A stretch of DNA of 64,000 nt from an uncultured virus (IMG/VR IMGVR_UViG_2850711898_000002). Its lineage: Duplodnaviria > Heunggongvirae > Uroviricota > Caudoviricetes. Position 1 is the stretch's first letter, and each line of letters opens with the position of its first letter. Location of the stretch: the IMG/VR virus record IMGVR_UViG_2850711898_000002; one strand, given 5' to 3'. Positions 29,872 through 39,438 of this stretch are shown here, piece by piece. The translations under genes were made by a program, and so were the position numbers. The notes under the pieces were generated by a model. That model did no database searches. It was given only the letters and a program-made list of their open reading frames with translations, and was not told where the DNA came from.

Positions 29872-30081
29872 TCAGCTCCAAAGTTGAATCGTGTCATTTG
29901 CTACACTGATTTTTTCTGTATCGGCATCTGGCAAATTGACTACCGTACCAATGGGAATAATGGGTTTATTCATTAAATGCGGATTGAGTTCACAGGTTAT
30001 TTCGAGCAAGCCTTCACTTCGTCCAAAATGGCGATAAAGGATGGCATCTAAATTGTCATTTTGTTGTGCGTAAACTTGCAT
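29872..30081 (-). CDS. tail protein X
   Basis: AQQNDNLDAI, NPHL, IQLW. Confidence 0.9.
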   Translation of the reverse strand: MQVYAQQNDNLDAILYRHFGRSEGLLEITCELNPHLMNKPIIPIGTVVNLPDADTEKISVANDTIQLWS

Positions 30082-30587
30082 TAGATTAACTCCGCATCGA
30101 CGCGTTTTCTGCCCAATATGTCGCTAATCGCAAAGCGTGCATCACGGCGTAATTCATCAATGCTGTCTTTGAGTAGTGTCATTTTCTTTTCGCCATCGTT
30201 AGTGCTGTCGTAGCTTGCATAGCGTTCATAAAGGTTTGCCAGTGCCAAGCAACTTACCGCACGTTTATAACGATAAATCAGCACGCTTTCGCCATTGATT
30301 GATGGGGCAGTGATCTGTTCTAAACTGTCGCGTTTGCTTTGTGTTTTAAACGTGGAGAGTTCCGCATTGACGCTTGCCATGCCCTCAATCAAGGCATCTT
30401 GTAAGCGTTGTGTGGTAATAGTGCCGTCTGCACGGTATTGATTACGAAATTGAGCAAGTGACATATCGGGGAAGAAACCATCATTACTGATAATGTCATC
30501 TGACGTATCGTAATCATTTAACTGTTGCTGCACTTCGCCCATTTCATAATCAGGGGCAAGTTTGACTGATATTGCGCCGTCGCTCAT
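30081..30587 (-). CDS. head completion protein L
   Basis: NDGFFPD, RFAISDILG. Confidence 0.9.
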   Translation of the reverse strand: MSDGAISVKLAPDYEMGEVQQQLNDYDTSDDIISNDGFFPDMSLAQFRNQYRADGTITTQRLQDALIEGMASVNAELSTFKTQSKRDSLEQITAPSINGESVLIYRYKRAVSCLALANLYERYASYDSTNDGEKKMTLLKDSIDELRRDARFAISDILGRKRVDAELI

Positions 30588-30879
30588 TGATTTACCTTTA
30601 TAAAAAAGTCGGGTGAGGATTAAATTAAGCACGGCCAATAAATCCGTCAGAATTTGACCGCACTTTTAATCCGCCCGACGGCTGCGTGGTTTGCTCGGTT
30701 TATATTCTTTCTTGCTTGTGCAAGAAAGAACCAAAGAACACACCCCGATTAAATCGCTTTTCTGCCCTTTGTTGTCATTTTCTTAACGGAAAATTTTTAA
30801 CTCGCTACGCTCAAACAAGAAAAATTTTCCTAAAAATGCCAAGTCGGTCAGGCGATTTAGACGGGGCATTAAAACAACA

Positions 30880-31542
30880 TCAACATTCAGTCGTTGATAA
30901 TTGTTTTTTTAGTTTCTTGATGTCGCCTTTTACGCCAATTTTTTGATCTAGACCCAAAGCACGTTCTAAATATGCCAGTGCTTGTTCAGGGTGCTTTTCA
31001 ACCAATAACAAGCCTAATTCACGCAATAATCGCGCACGGCTTTCATCTGGCATATCACAATCGGCAGTGATGCGTTGGACTTGCTCTAAGTAAGCCACTT
31101 CAAACGGTTTATTGGCGGCTTGTGCGGCTTTGGCTTGGTCGGCAAATTCTTCTGCTAACAAGGTGCCAAGTGTTCGTGTGAATGGCTCGGGCAAGCGTAA
31201 ATCATGAAATACGGCATAATCGGCAATCTGTAAGGCGAGATGATATTCGCCACAGTCAATCGCCCACACGCACCATGTCATCAAGACATTATCTTGTTTG
31301 CCACTTCCGACAGATAACGCCCCTTCAATCCATGGTAGATAGTCAGGCAATATTTGCTTTTTAAATGCGCCTTTGCGTTCCGTCGATTGGATGTTTTTCA
31401 AATCCTTTCGATGTCTCGCAAGAATACGGCACATTTTTTCATATTCCGTAAAATCGCTTAGATCTTCGGTTTCTGCCGCGTGAGCCACAGCAGCGGAAAT
31501 GGTACGAAGATGAATTTGTGCGGGTGAAAGGCGTTCAGTCAT
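30880..31542 (-). CDS. terminase endonuclease subunit M
   Basis: LKNIQSTERK, WAIDCG, GVKGDI. Confidence 0.92.
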   Translation of the reverse strand: MTERLSPAQIHLRTISAAVAHAAETEDLSDFTEYEKMCRILARHRKDLKNIQSTERKGAFKKQILPDYLPWIEGALSVGSGKQDNVLMTWCVWAIDCGEYHLALQIADYAVFHDLRLPEPFTRTLGTLLAEEFADQAKAAQAANKPFEVAYLEQVQRITADCDMPDESRARLLRELGLLLVEKHPEQALAYLERALGLDQKIGVKGDIKKLKKQLSTTEC

Positions 31543-32573
31543 TATTCTTTATCTTCAAACGTGATGTTTTCGATTAATGCCGCGCAACCGTATTCTTCGA
31601 CTTTGTAGTCGATGTTTTGCGATAAGTAATCTTCTACGCGGTTGCGTTTCGGGTTGTTCTTAATGAAACGACGCATTGAACCTTCCTGAATGTAGATGGA
31701 TAAGTTATCCAACCGGGTAATCAGGATTGAGTTTTTCGGGAAGAACGGCACGCGAATCGCTTTTAAACCACCAATTTGTTTTTGTGAGATGATCACCTGG
31801 CTTGCAAGGTCATCCGTCGGTTTTAAATCCGTGTTAACGATGTTGAAGTATTTATCGTTTAAGATTTCACGACCGCAGATAACCACCAATTCGGTGTCAT
31901 CGGCGTAAACTTCATCAATTAAGGTGTTGACTGCATCAAGCACTAAGGCATCAATGTTTTCATAGCCGTGGTTTTTGGCTTGACCTTTACCCACTTTGAT
32001 TTTGTTCTCAGTATTTGCACCGTTCATTACATGTGTTGGCATATCGTCACGTAATTGTTGTAGCCAACCTTTTTTCACGTCTTGCAGTTTCGGATTTGAA
32101 GACAAATCGGAGGTTTCACTGCGACTTGTGCCGTTTAGCCCCATCATAATGAGGTTTAAGGCGATGGTTTTTTGCGTTAAATTCGCCAATTTTTTCTGGA
32201 AGTCAGGTTGTTTCGCCCATTGGTCGAGTTTTGGCCATGGAATATGCGTGTCGAAATTGACTTGTTCGCATTTATATTTGCGACCGGTCATTTTGGAAAC
32301 GTCTTTGGTTTCGCGCTCTTTGGTGTTGGTGTCTGTGGTGCTTGCAATCGCGCAAGCCACTTCAAGACCGACTAATTCCGCTTCCATTAACGGATCACGA
32401 ACAACATTAATCCATTGTAAGAAGTTCGAACTTAACATCACTTTTTCAATCAGTTTTTGTTCTACGCTTGGGGTGACGGTAAATGTTTCTGCTACATCAT
32501 TACTTGTTACACCGTTTAATTCGGCGACACGTGCCACATAGGCATTAAATTTCTGTTTAGTTTCGTTGCGCAT
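31542..32573 (-). CDS. major capsid protein N
   Basis: FTVTPSVEQ, NPKLQDVKKGWLQ, ITRLDNLSIY. Confidence 0.95.
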   Translation of the reverse strand: MRNETKQKFNAYVARVAELNGVTSNDVAETFTVTPSVEQKLIEKVMLSSNFLQWINVVRDPLMEAELVGLEVACAIASTTDTNTKERETKDVSKMTGRKYKCEQVNFDTHIPWPKLDQWAKQPDFQKKLANLTQKTIALNLIMMGLNGTSRSETSDLSSNPKLQDVKKGWLQQLRDDMPTHVMNGANTENKIKVGKGQAKNHGYENIDALVLDAVNTLIDEVYADDTELVVICGREILNDKYFNIVNTDLKPTDDLASQVIISQKQIGGLKAIRVPFFPKNSILITRLDNLSIYIQEGSMRRFIKNNPKRNRVEDYLSQNIDYKVEEYGCAALIENITFEDKE

Positions 32574-32583
32574 GGTTGTTCCT

Positions 32584-33411
32584 TTAACAATCGGTTAAAA
32601 ATTCGGATTTACCTTCACCGGCAACGATTGGACGTTTGCCGAAGTCGGCTGACGGTGTTTTTTCAAGCGTGGTGAATTTGGCTTGAATGCTTTCATTGGT
32701 TGCTTTCACTTCTGTTAATTCGGTTTGCTGTTTTGCTAAATCGGCAGAAAGTGCGGTCAATTTTTCCAATGTTTCTTTGGTTTGTTCCGCTAAAAGCTCA
32801 ATGGCTTGCGTTTGGTTGGCAAAGCGTTCATTGTCGGTTTTTTCTTTGTCGGCAAATAATGCGCGGATTTTGGCAAAGACAGACAGCCCTTTTTCTTTCA
32901 CTTCTTCAAACTCTAATTCGGTTTCAATTGCGGCAGTGAAAAGGTTTTCGGCTTTTTCTTTGCGGTTGTTGAGAGGATTTGCGCTTGCACCGGCAGAAAA
33001 TACCAACATTTCTGTGCCAAGACTTGCAGGATTGTCCGTTACAGCCAAACCGACTAAATAGGCTTCACCTGTGTCGGCAAAATTCGGATCGCACTCAATA
33101 GAGGTGTAGATTTTTTGACGGTCTTTATTGAGTTTGATTAAATCGTCCGTTGGGTCGATTTGAGCCAGTAACTGCAATTTACCTTCAGCATTTTCTTCCG
33201 TTTTTAAACCAACCACATCACCATAGCATTTTGAGTGCGGATCATCGTTCCACATATAACGCCATTTAATGTGTTCAAGATTAACGCGTGCACCGTATTT
33301 TTTAGGGTCATAATTTGCCGCCATTTGTTCAATCCAAGTGCGATTGATTGTGCGACCGTCTGTAGTTGCCCCTTCCGTTGCGACTACAAACCATTTTGAA
33401 GTTTTTGCCAT
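32584..33411 (-). CDS. capsid scaffolding protein O
   Basis: EGATTDGR, YLVGLAVTDNPASLGTE. Confidence 0.95.
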   Translation of the reverse strand: MAKTSKWFVVATEGATTDGRTINRTWIEQMAANYDPKKYGARVNLEHIKWRYMWNDDPHSKCYGDVVGLKTEENAEGKLQLLAQIDPTDDLIKLNKDRQKIYTSIECDPNFADTGEAYLVGLAVTDNPASLGTEMLVFSAGASANPLNNRKEKAENLFTAAIETELEFEEVKEKGLSVFAKIRALFADKEKTDNERFANQTQAIELLAEQTKETLEKLTALSADLAKQQTELTEVKATNESIQAKFTTLEKTPSADFGKRPIVAGEGKSEFLTDC

Positions 33412-33490
33412 TGCTTATCCTTTGTTTGGTTTGATTCAAAGATTGCCATTATTCTGAAAGGTTTAATTTTGGTGGTCTATGAGTTGCTTT

Positions 33491-33509
33491 TGTTGTATGC
33501 CGATTCACA
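33491..33509. promoter_or_regulatory. shared activator site for divergent late promoters pO/pP, TGT-N13-ACA
   Basis: -10-like elements 40 bp away on both sides (33451 and 33549). Confidence 0.65.
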
Positions 33510-33575
33510 GAGCAAGCGGAAAGACTAACATTCGCCCCCTTTCTATTATGCGGTTGTAAATAGAAAGGATTAGGA

Positions 33576-35351
33576 ATGGACGAACAAGTTATTAATCAAC
33601 CTTCACTCGAAGTGACGGCGGAAATCAAACGTAAAGCACAGCAGATGTATTTTAGTGGTTATAAAATCGCTGAAATATCTCGTCAGCTTGATATTCCTGC
33701 ATCAACGATTGCGAGTTGGAAAGACAGAGAAAAGTGGGACGATATTGCGCCTGTTGGTCGGGTTGAATTAGCCCTTGAGACAAGATTGAATTTGCTGATT
33801 GCGAAAGAAGAAAAGAGCGGTTCCGATTACAAAGAAATTGATTTGCTTGGTCGCCAAATGGAACGGATGGCGAGAGTGAAAAAATATTCTTTTGGCGATG
33901 GCAATGAAGTGGATTTAAATCCGAAACTGGCAAACCGCAACAAGGGCGAACGCAAGAAAGCCGAACCCAATGCGATTAGCCAAGAGCAAGAAGAATTGCT
34001 GATTAATGGCTTTCTTGATGGGATGTTTAATTATCAACGCATTTGGCACAAGGCGAAAGAACACCGAATCAGAAATATTTTAAAAAGCCGACAAATTGGG
34101 GCAACTTACTATTTTGCCCACGAAGCCTTTGTTGATGCTTTGACGACGGGGCACAATCAAATTTTCTTATCTGCCAGTAAAAAACAAGCCTTACAGTTTC
34201 GCTCGTATATTGTGAATTACGCCAAGCAGACGGCAGATGTGGATTTAAAAGGCGAAACCATCAAACTGCCAAATGGGGCAGAATTAATTTTCCTTGGTAC
34301 GAACTCCGCCACGGCTCAATCGTATCACGGCAATTTATATTTTGATGAAGTGTTTTGGGTGCCTAAATTTGATGTGATGCGTAAAGTGGCATCAGGTATG
34401 GCGGCACAAAAGATGTATCGCCAAACGTATTTTTCAACACCGACCACGATTGCACATCCCGCTTATGCGTTTTTTTCTGGAAAAGCATTTAATAAAAATC
34501 GGGCCAAGGCGGACAAAGTTGAAATTGACATTTCTCACGAGAATTTAAGAATCGGAAAACTTTGTGCTGACCGCCAATGGAAGCAGATTGTTACCATTAA
34601 TGATGCGATGGAAGGTGGGTGCAACCTATTCAATATTGATGACCTGATTGCAGAAAACAGCAAAGAAGAATTTGAACAGTTGTTTTTATGCCAGTTTGCA
34701 GATGATAACACGTCGGCGTTTAAATTTGCCGACTTGCAACTTTGCCAAGTGGACAGCTTGGAAGAATGGCACGATTACAAGCCATTCTATCAACGCCCAT
34801 TTGGTAATCGTGAAGTGTGGTTAGGTTATGACCCCGCCTTTACTGGCGACCGTGCAGCATTGGCGATCATCGCTCCGCCTAAAGTGGAAGGCGGTGATTA
34901 TCGTGTTTTGCATTGGCAAACATTTCACGGCATGGATTATGAAGCACAAGCGAGCAGAATTAAAAGTTTCTGTGATGATTACAATGTCACCCGTATTGTG
35001 ATTGATAAAACGGGGATGGGTTCTGGCGTATTCCAAGAAGTTAAAAAATTCTATCCAATGGCAATCGGTCTTGATTACAACGCCGATTTAAAAAATGAGA
35101 TGGTATTAAAAACGCAAAACTTAATTCAGAAACGCCGCCTTAAATTTGATGGTAACGAAATCATCACCAGTTTTATGACAGTCAAAAAACGTATTACCGG
35201 AACAGGGAAGATTACTTATGTTTCTGACCGTTCAGAAGATGCAAGCCATGGCGACTTATCATGGGCAATTATGAACTGCATTTTAAATGTGCCTTATGGT
35301 TTAAACGGCGATGTATCAAGTAACCAATCAACCATTTTCACTTTTGAATAG
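33576..35351 (+). CDS. terminase ATPase subunit P
   Basis: LKSRQIGAT, LYFDE, GYDPA, HGDLSWA. Confidence 0.96.
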   Translation: MDEQVINQPSLEVTAEIKRKAQQMYFSGYKIAEISRQLDIPASTIASWKDREKWDDIAPVGRVELALETRLNLLIAKEEKSGSDYKEIDLLGRQMERMARVKKYSFGDGNEVDLNPKLANRNKGERKKAEPNAISQEQEELLINGFLDGMFNYQRIWHKAKEHRIRNILKSRQIGATYYFAHEAFVDALTTGHNQIFLSASKKQALQFRSYIVNYAKQTADVDLKGETIKLPNGAELIFLGTNSATAQSYHGNLYFDEVFWVPKFDVMRKVASGMAAQKMYRQTYFSTPTTIAHPAYAFFSGKAFNKNRAKADKVEIDISHENLRIGKLCADRQWKQIVTINDAMEGGCNLFNIDDLIAENSKEEFEQLFLCQFADDNTSAFKFADLQLCQVDSLEEWHDYKPFYQRPFGNREVWLGYDPAFTGDRAALAIIAPPKVEGGDYRVLHWQTFHGMDYEAQASRIKSFCDDYNVTRIVIDKTGMGSGVFQEVKKFYPMAIGLDYNADLKNEMVLKTQNLIQKRRLKFDGNEIITSFMTVKKRITGTGKITYVSDRSEDASHGDLSWAIMNCILNVPYGLNGDVSSNQSTIFTFE

Positions 35352-35360
35352 GATTACCAA

Positions 35361-36371
35361 ATGAGCAAAAAATCAAAAAAATCAACCGCACTTTCTACGG
35401 GGAATCAAGCACAGGCGTTCAGCTTTGGGGAACCTATTCCCGTGCTTGACCGTGCAGAAGTATTGAATTATTTCGAAAGCGTGTTGATGTATGAGAAATA
35501 TTACAACCCGCCAATTAATTTAAGTTATCTTGCCAAAGCCTTAAATGCATCTGCACATCATAACAGTGCGATCACGGTGAAGAAAAATATTTTGCTTTCT
35601 ACCTGTAAAACGACCGCACTTTTACCACGCACGCAGTTAGAAAAACTGGTGCAAGATTACTTAGTATTCGGTAATGCTTACCTTGAAAAAGTTGAAAACA
35701 TATTCGGGAAAGTGATTGCGTTAAAATCGCCCCTTGCAAAATATATCCGCGTTGGCGTGAAGAAAGGCATTTTTTATCAGATTGTGAATGGCTTTGACGA
35801 ATACGAATTCCCGAAAGATGCGGTGTTTAATCTGATCAACCCTGATGTAAATCAAGAGATTTATGGCGTGCCGGAATATCTCGCGGCTTTACAATCAGCT
35901 TTCTTGAATGAAAGTGCAACGTTATTTCGCCGCAAATATTATTTGAACGGCGCACATGCGGGTTCAATTATTTACATGACCGACCCGACACAAAACAAAG
36001 ACGACATTGAAGCGATCAAAACACAAATCAGACAAACAAAAGGCACTGGTAACTTTAAAAATTTATTTGTGTATATTCCAGACGGAAAGAAAGATGGGAT
36101 GCAAGTTATTCCATTGTCTGATGCTATCGCCAAAGATGATTTCTTAAACATTAAGAATACAAGCCGTGATGATGTGTTAGCCGCGCACCGTGTGCCACCG
36201 CAACTGATGGGAATTGTTCCTAACAATACAGGCGGCTTTGGTGACGTTGAAAAGGCAACGCGAGTGTTTTTTATCAATGAGATAATCCCATTGCAAGAAC
36301 GATTGAAAGAGATTAATAGTTGGGTAGGGGAAGAAGTGATCACGTTCTCCGATTACAAATTGCTAAATTAG
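35361..36371 (+). CDS. portal protein Q
   Basis: QEIYGVPEY, YYLNGAHAG, AAHRVPPQLMG. Confidence 0.96.
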   Translation: MSKKSKKSTALSTGNQAQAFSFGEPIPVLDRAEVLNYFESVLMYEKYYNPPINLSYLAKALNASAHHNSAITVKKNILLSTCKTTALLPRTQLEKLVQDYLVFGNAYLEKVENIFGKVIALKSPLAKYIRVGVKKGIFYQIVNGFDEYEFPKDAVFNLINPDVNQEIYGVPEYLAALQSAFLNESATLFRRKYYLNGAHAGSIIYMTDPTQNKDDIEAIKTQIRQTKGTGNFKNLFVYIPDGKKDGMQVIPLSDAIAKDDFLNIKNTSRDDVLAAHRVPPQLMGIVPNNTGGFGDVEKATRVFFINEIIPLQERLKEINSWVGEEVITFSDYKLLN

Positions 36372-36551
36372 ATCCTTTCAAAAATAAACAACCCGCAGAA
36401 ATGCGGGTTTTTTATTGCTAAAAGAGCTGTTTTTGTCCTGTATAGTATTAATACCACCCCAGTGTATTATATCAAATCAATCAATATGACAAATCTTAAA
36501 TCCTTATTTCAGCCCAATTTTTCGCCCAATTGTACGCATGAAAAATCGCAG

Positions 36552-36575
36552 TCAAACCTTCGCCACGCCCGCACA
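36552..36575 (-). other. putative P2-type cos region
   Basis: GGCGTGGCGAAGG on minus strand downstream of portal resembles P2/186 cohesive-end start; AGATCCTTT repeats nearby (36370, 36604, 36642). Confidence 0.45.
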
Positions 36576-36791
36576 CTAAAGATGTCGATTTCAACGCAAT
36601 TTTAGATCCTTTCCAAAGCCTTTTCAGTAATAGCGCCTTTCAGATCCTTTATTTCAGATCTTTTAACGCAAACAAACGCAGAAAAATGAAAAAATTTACC
36701 TATTTTTATTGATGTAAATCAAATAAACATCATATTTTTGAAATTGCACAGATTTGTGCTAATTATTTGATCTTTATAAGGATAAGAAACT

Positions 36792-36805
36792 AGCTAGTCG
36801 CACCA
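36792..36805 (+). repeat. attR core of prophage 1 / left junction of prophage 2
   Basis: Exact copy of tRNA-Val 3' 14 nt. Confidence 0.9.
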
Positions 36806-36924
36806 AATTTTCTTTTCAATCCCTCTCAATCCATATCAAATCAAATTAAATTTCCTAGTGAATCAAAGCGTTATCTGCTTTTATAAAGTCAATCTATATC
36901 AATCTATATTAATCTAACTCACTT

Positions 36925-37035
36925 TTTTGGTATTATATTTGGTAATATGATTTGGGTTTTTTAGGTATCGTAATACCAAAATCCATAAAAATACTAAAAA
37001 ATCACGCTTACCAAAATTATTTTCGTAATACCAAA
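36925..37035. repeat. putative integrase arm sites (TAATACCAAA / TTTGGTATTA)
   Basis: Several direct and inverted copies upstream of integrase 2. Confidence 0.6.
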
Positions 37036-37045
37036 TGGGGGGAGG

Positions 37046-38293
37046 ATGGCTGTATTAGTGAAACCATTAAGCATTACAGAAATCAATAATGCTAAAACTA
37101 AAGAGAAAGATTACTCACTGTCTGATGGTCAAGGTCTTTTCTTGCTCGTAAGAATGAATGGTTCGAAAATTTGGCGATTTCAATATTATAAACCAATTTC
37201 TAAAAAAAGAACTTTAATCAGTCTTGGTGTTTATCCTGAGATTTCATTGAAAGATGCTCGAGAGATTAGGGATTTATATCGTTCTTTGTTGGCGAAAAAT
37301 ATCGATCCGCAAGATTACCGTTTACAGCAAGAACAAAAAGCCATCCAAGAACGTCAATTTACCTTGACAGAAATGGGGAAGGAATGGCTATACCTAAAGA
37401 AAAATGAAGTTGATACTGGTCGATTAAAAGAAGTGACTTTTATTGATATTGGGAAACGGTTAGAACGTCACTTGTTTAAAGTGTTGGGGCATTATTCTAT
37501 TAGTGAGATTTCCGCTCCTCTTGCTATTGAGAAATTAAAGCCATTAGAACGAGCAGGAAAATTGGATACATTGCATCGTATTATTGGTTATTTAAACCAA
37601 ATAATGGTTTATTCGGTTAATAGAGGGGTAATTAATTATAATGCAACCGCAGATATAGGAAGGGTATTTATTCGACCAATAGCTGAAAATAACCCCACTA
37701 TTCGCCCAGAGCAATTACCTAAATTGTTTGAAGATTTGCAGAACAGTACCCTTGAAATTGAAACTCGTTGTGCATTAGAGCTACTACTGCTTACTGCGGG
37801 TCGGGCTGGGGCTATTACTCAATTAGAATGGGAAAATGTAGATTTCGAAAACAGCTTATTGAATATCCCTAAAGAAAAAATGAAGGGGCGACAGGGTAAA
37901 GTACAAGATTTTATCTTGCCATTATCCAAACAAGCTGTAACGATTTTGCGCTTGTTACAGAAATTGAATCGTTGCAATAGTAAGTTTGTTTTCCCTAGCA
38001 AAAAAAATCCAAGACAGCCTATATCGAAAGAGACACCAAACAAAGCTCTTGGACGGATCGGTTATAGGAATATTTTGACCGCACATGGTTTGCGATCTGT
38101 TTTTAGCACAGCTATGAATGAGGCCGAATTTAACAGTGAGATTATTGAGGTGTGCTTGGCACATTTTGAATATTCTTCCGTTCGTGGCACATACAATAAA
38201 GCAAAGTATATGTCACAACGGATCGAATATATGTAGTGGTGGGGGAATTTTGTAGAAGAGGCATCTGATGGGAAAGCATTAATGGGTTGCTAA
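37046..38293 (+). pseudogene. int: P4-type integrase with premature amber codon
   Basis: DGQGLFL arm domain, HGLR, LAH, Y; TAG at 38234-36 interrupts M*WWGNFV, frame continues to TAA 38293. Confidence 0.75.
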
Positions 38294-38490
38294 GATGAAT
38301 AGCAGCCTGATTCAATTTTTTCAATGTAGTCATTTATTTGTGCATCAGTCCAAAAATTATTCCCACCGACTCGATGGGGCTTTGGAAAATTGGGGTCGTT
38401 TTTTATCCTTCTGTAAATTGTGGGTGCACTCATATCTAATAAGCTCGAAACAGTTTTCAAATTATGTAATTTTCTTGTCGTAGATTCCAT
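38290..38490 (-). CDS. AlpA-like excisionase
   Basis: MSAPTIYRRIK..FPKP..VGG..FW. Confidence 0.85.
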   Translation of the reverse strand: MESTTRKLHNLKTVSSLLDMSAPTIYRRIKNDPNFPKPHRVGGNNFWTDAQINDYIEKIESGCYSS

Positions 38491-38616
38491 ATTTCCTCCA
38501 ATAAAAAACCGCCCGTAAAGGCGGTTATAACGATTTATTTTAGTTAGCCCACTTCATCTAACTTATTCATCTTTTTGTAAAGAGGATAGGGCGATTTAAT
38601 GGGCTGTAAATGGGTT

Positions 38617-38865
38617 TTAATAGTCGCGTGTTTTTTGCACATTAATAGTGATACTTCCTACTCCTATCAGATCATCATCTTTCCAACGAATCACATCTGC
38701 TAGAGTAATATTCAATCCAAGTTCTTTTAGCTTTTCGGCTTCGGCTCGAGCTTGTTTTTGAAAACGAAACCATTCTTTGAAATCTGCTAAGAATCGTTCA
38801 AATTGCGTTTCATTCAGCATTAAAATATCGGTTACTTCTTTAAACTCATAAACTTGATCAGACAT
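38617..38865 (-). CDS. phage hypothetical protein
   Basis: GGAGG RBS. Confidence 0.65.
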   Translation of the reverse strand: MSDQVYEFKEVTDILMLNETQFERFLADFKEWFRFQKQARAEAEKLKELGLNITLADVIRWKDDDLIGVGSITINVQKTRDY

Positions 38866-39073
38866 CTTTTCCTCCTATATCCCAAATTTCATTCTCATCA
38901 CAGGTAATCGCTCCGAACACTTAATCCATTCGCTCATATCACACCACCAATCGAATAATTTTCCACGCAACGCCAAGAAATAATCCTATTCCAGCTCCGG
39001 CCATTGCAATAACAAAAGCTCCAGCCAATACATAGACTAGCCAATCTATAAATTTATCCATTTCATCTCCCTA

Positions 39074-39265
39074 TTAAAATATATCCCTAAGAGTCTGCAA
39101 TGCACTTTCTGCATTATTGTATTTTTCAATGGCATCATCTTTAGAGCTTGTCATCATTTCTATTCTGCGACCAGGGATATTTAGATGCACTTCGTAATCA
39201 TCATTAAATTGCCATAATTCGAGGGTGATACTTTCAAATTTGCTAATTTGTAAACATCGGTTCAT
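39074..39265 (-). CDS. phage hypothetical protein
   Basis: GGAGG RBS. Confidence 0.6.
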   Translation of the reverse strand: MNRCLQISKFESITLELWQFNDDYEVHLNIPGRRIEMMTSSKDDAIEKYNNAESALQTLRDIF

Positions 39266-39438
39266 GATTCAATCCTCCATAAAAATATTTTCTTGGCGAC
39301 CTAGGATTTTTGTAACTAATCGCACTAAATGAAATCTAAACTTACTATCTGTTTGGTAAATTCTTGTAAGTCCGTAATTTGTTCTGTATGTAACGGCGTA
39401 TTTCTTTTCCAGTTTAATACTAACCATGTTTAGCACCT

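Larger units (their letters stand above)
3274..36805. mobile_element. P2-like prophage (prophage 1), apparently complete
   Basis: Integrase next to the tRNA, gpA replication gene, full P2-type head/tail/lysis set; bounded by a 14-bp direct repeat of the tRNA 3' end. Confidence 0.95.

Noticed and set aside
12023..33061. Many + strand ORFs antisense to P2 structural genes (e.g. 12485, 15789, 31996, 32687)
   Set aside because: Shadow frames of well-supported genes, without RBS or motifs.
36792..36805. Second tRNA gene
   Set aside because: Only the last 14 nt are duplicated; no cloverleaf.
37046..38490. P4-like satellite next to a P2-like helper
   Set aside because: Despite the P4-type integrase and AlpA, the element has its own lambdoid replication, lysis and head genes; no alpha primase, sid or psu.
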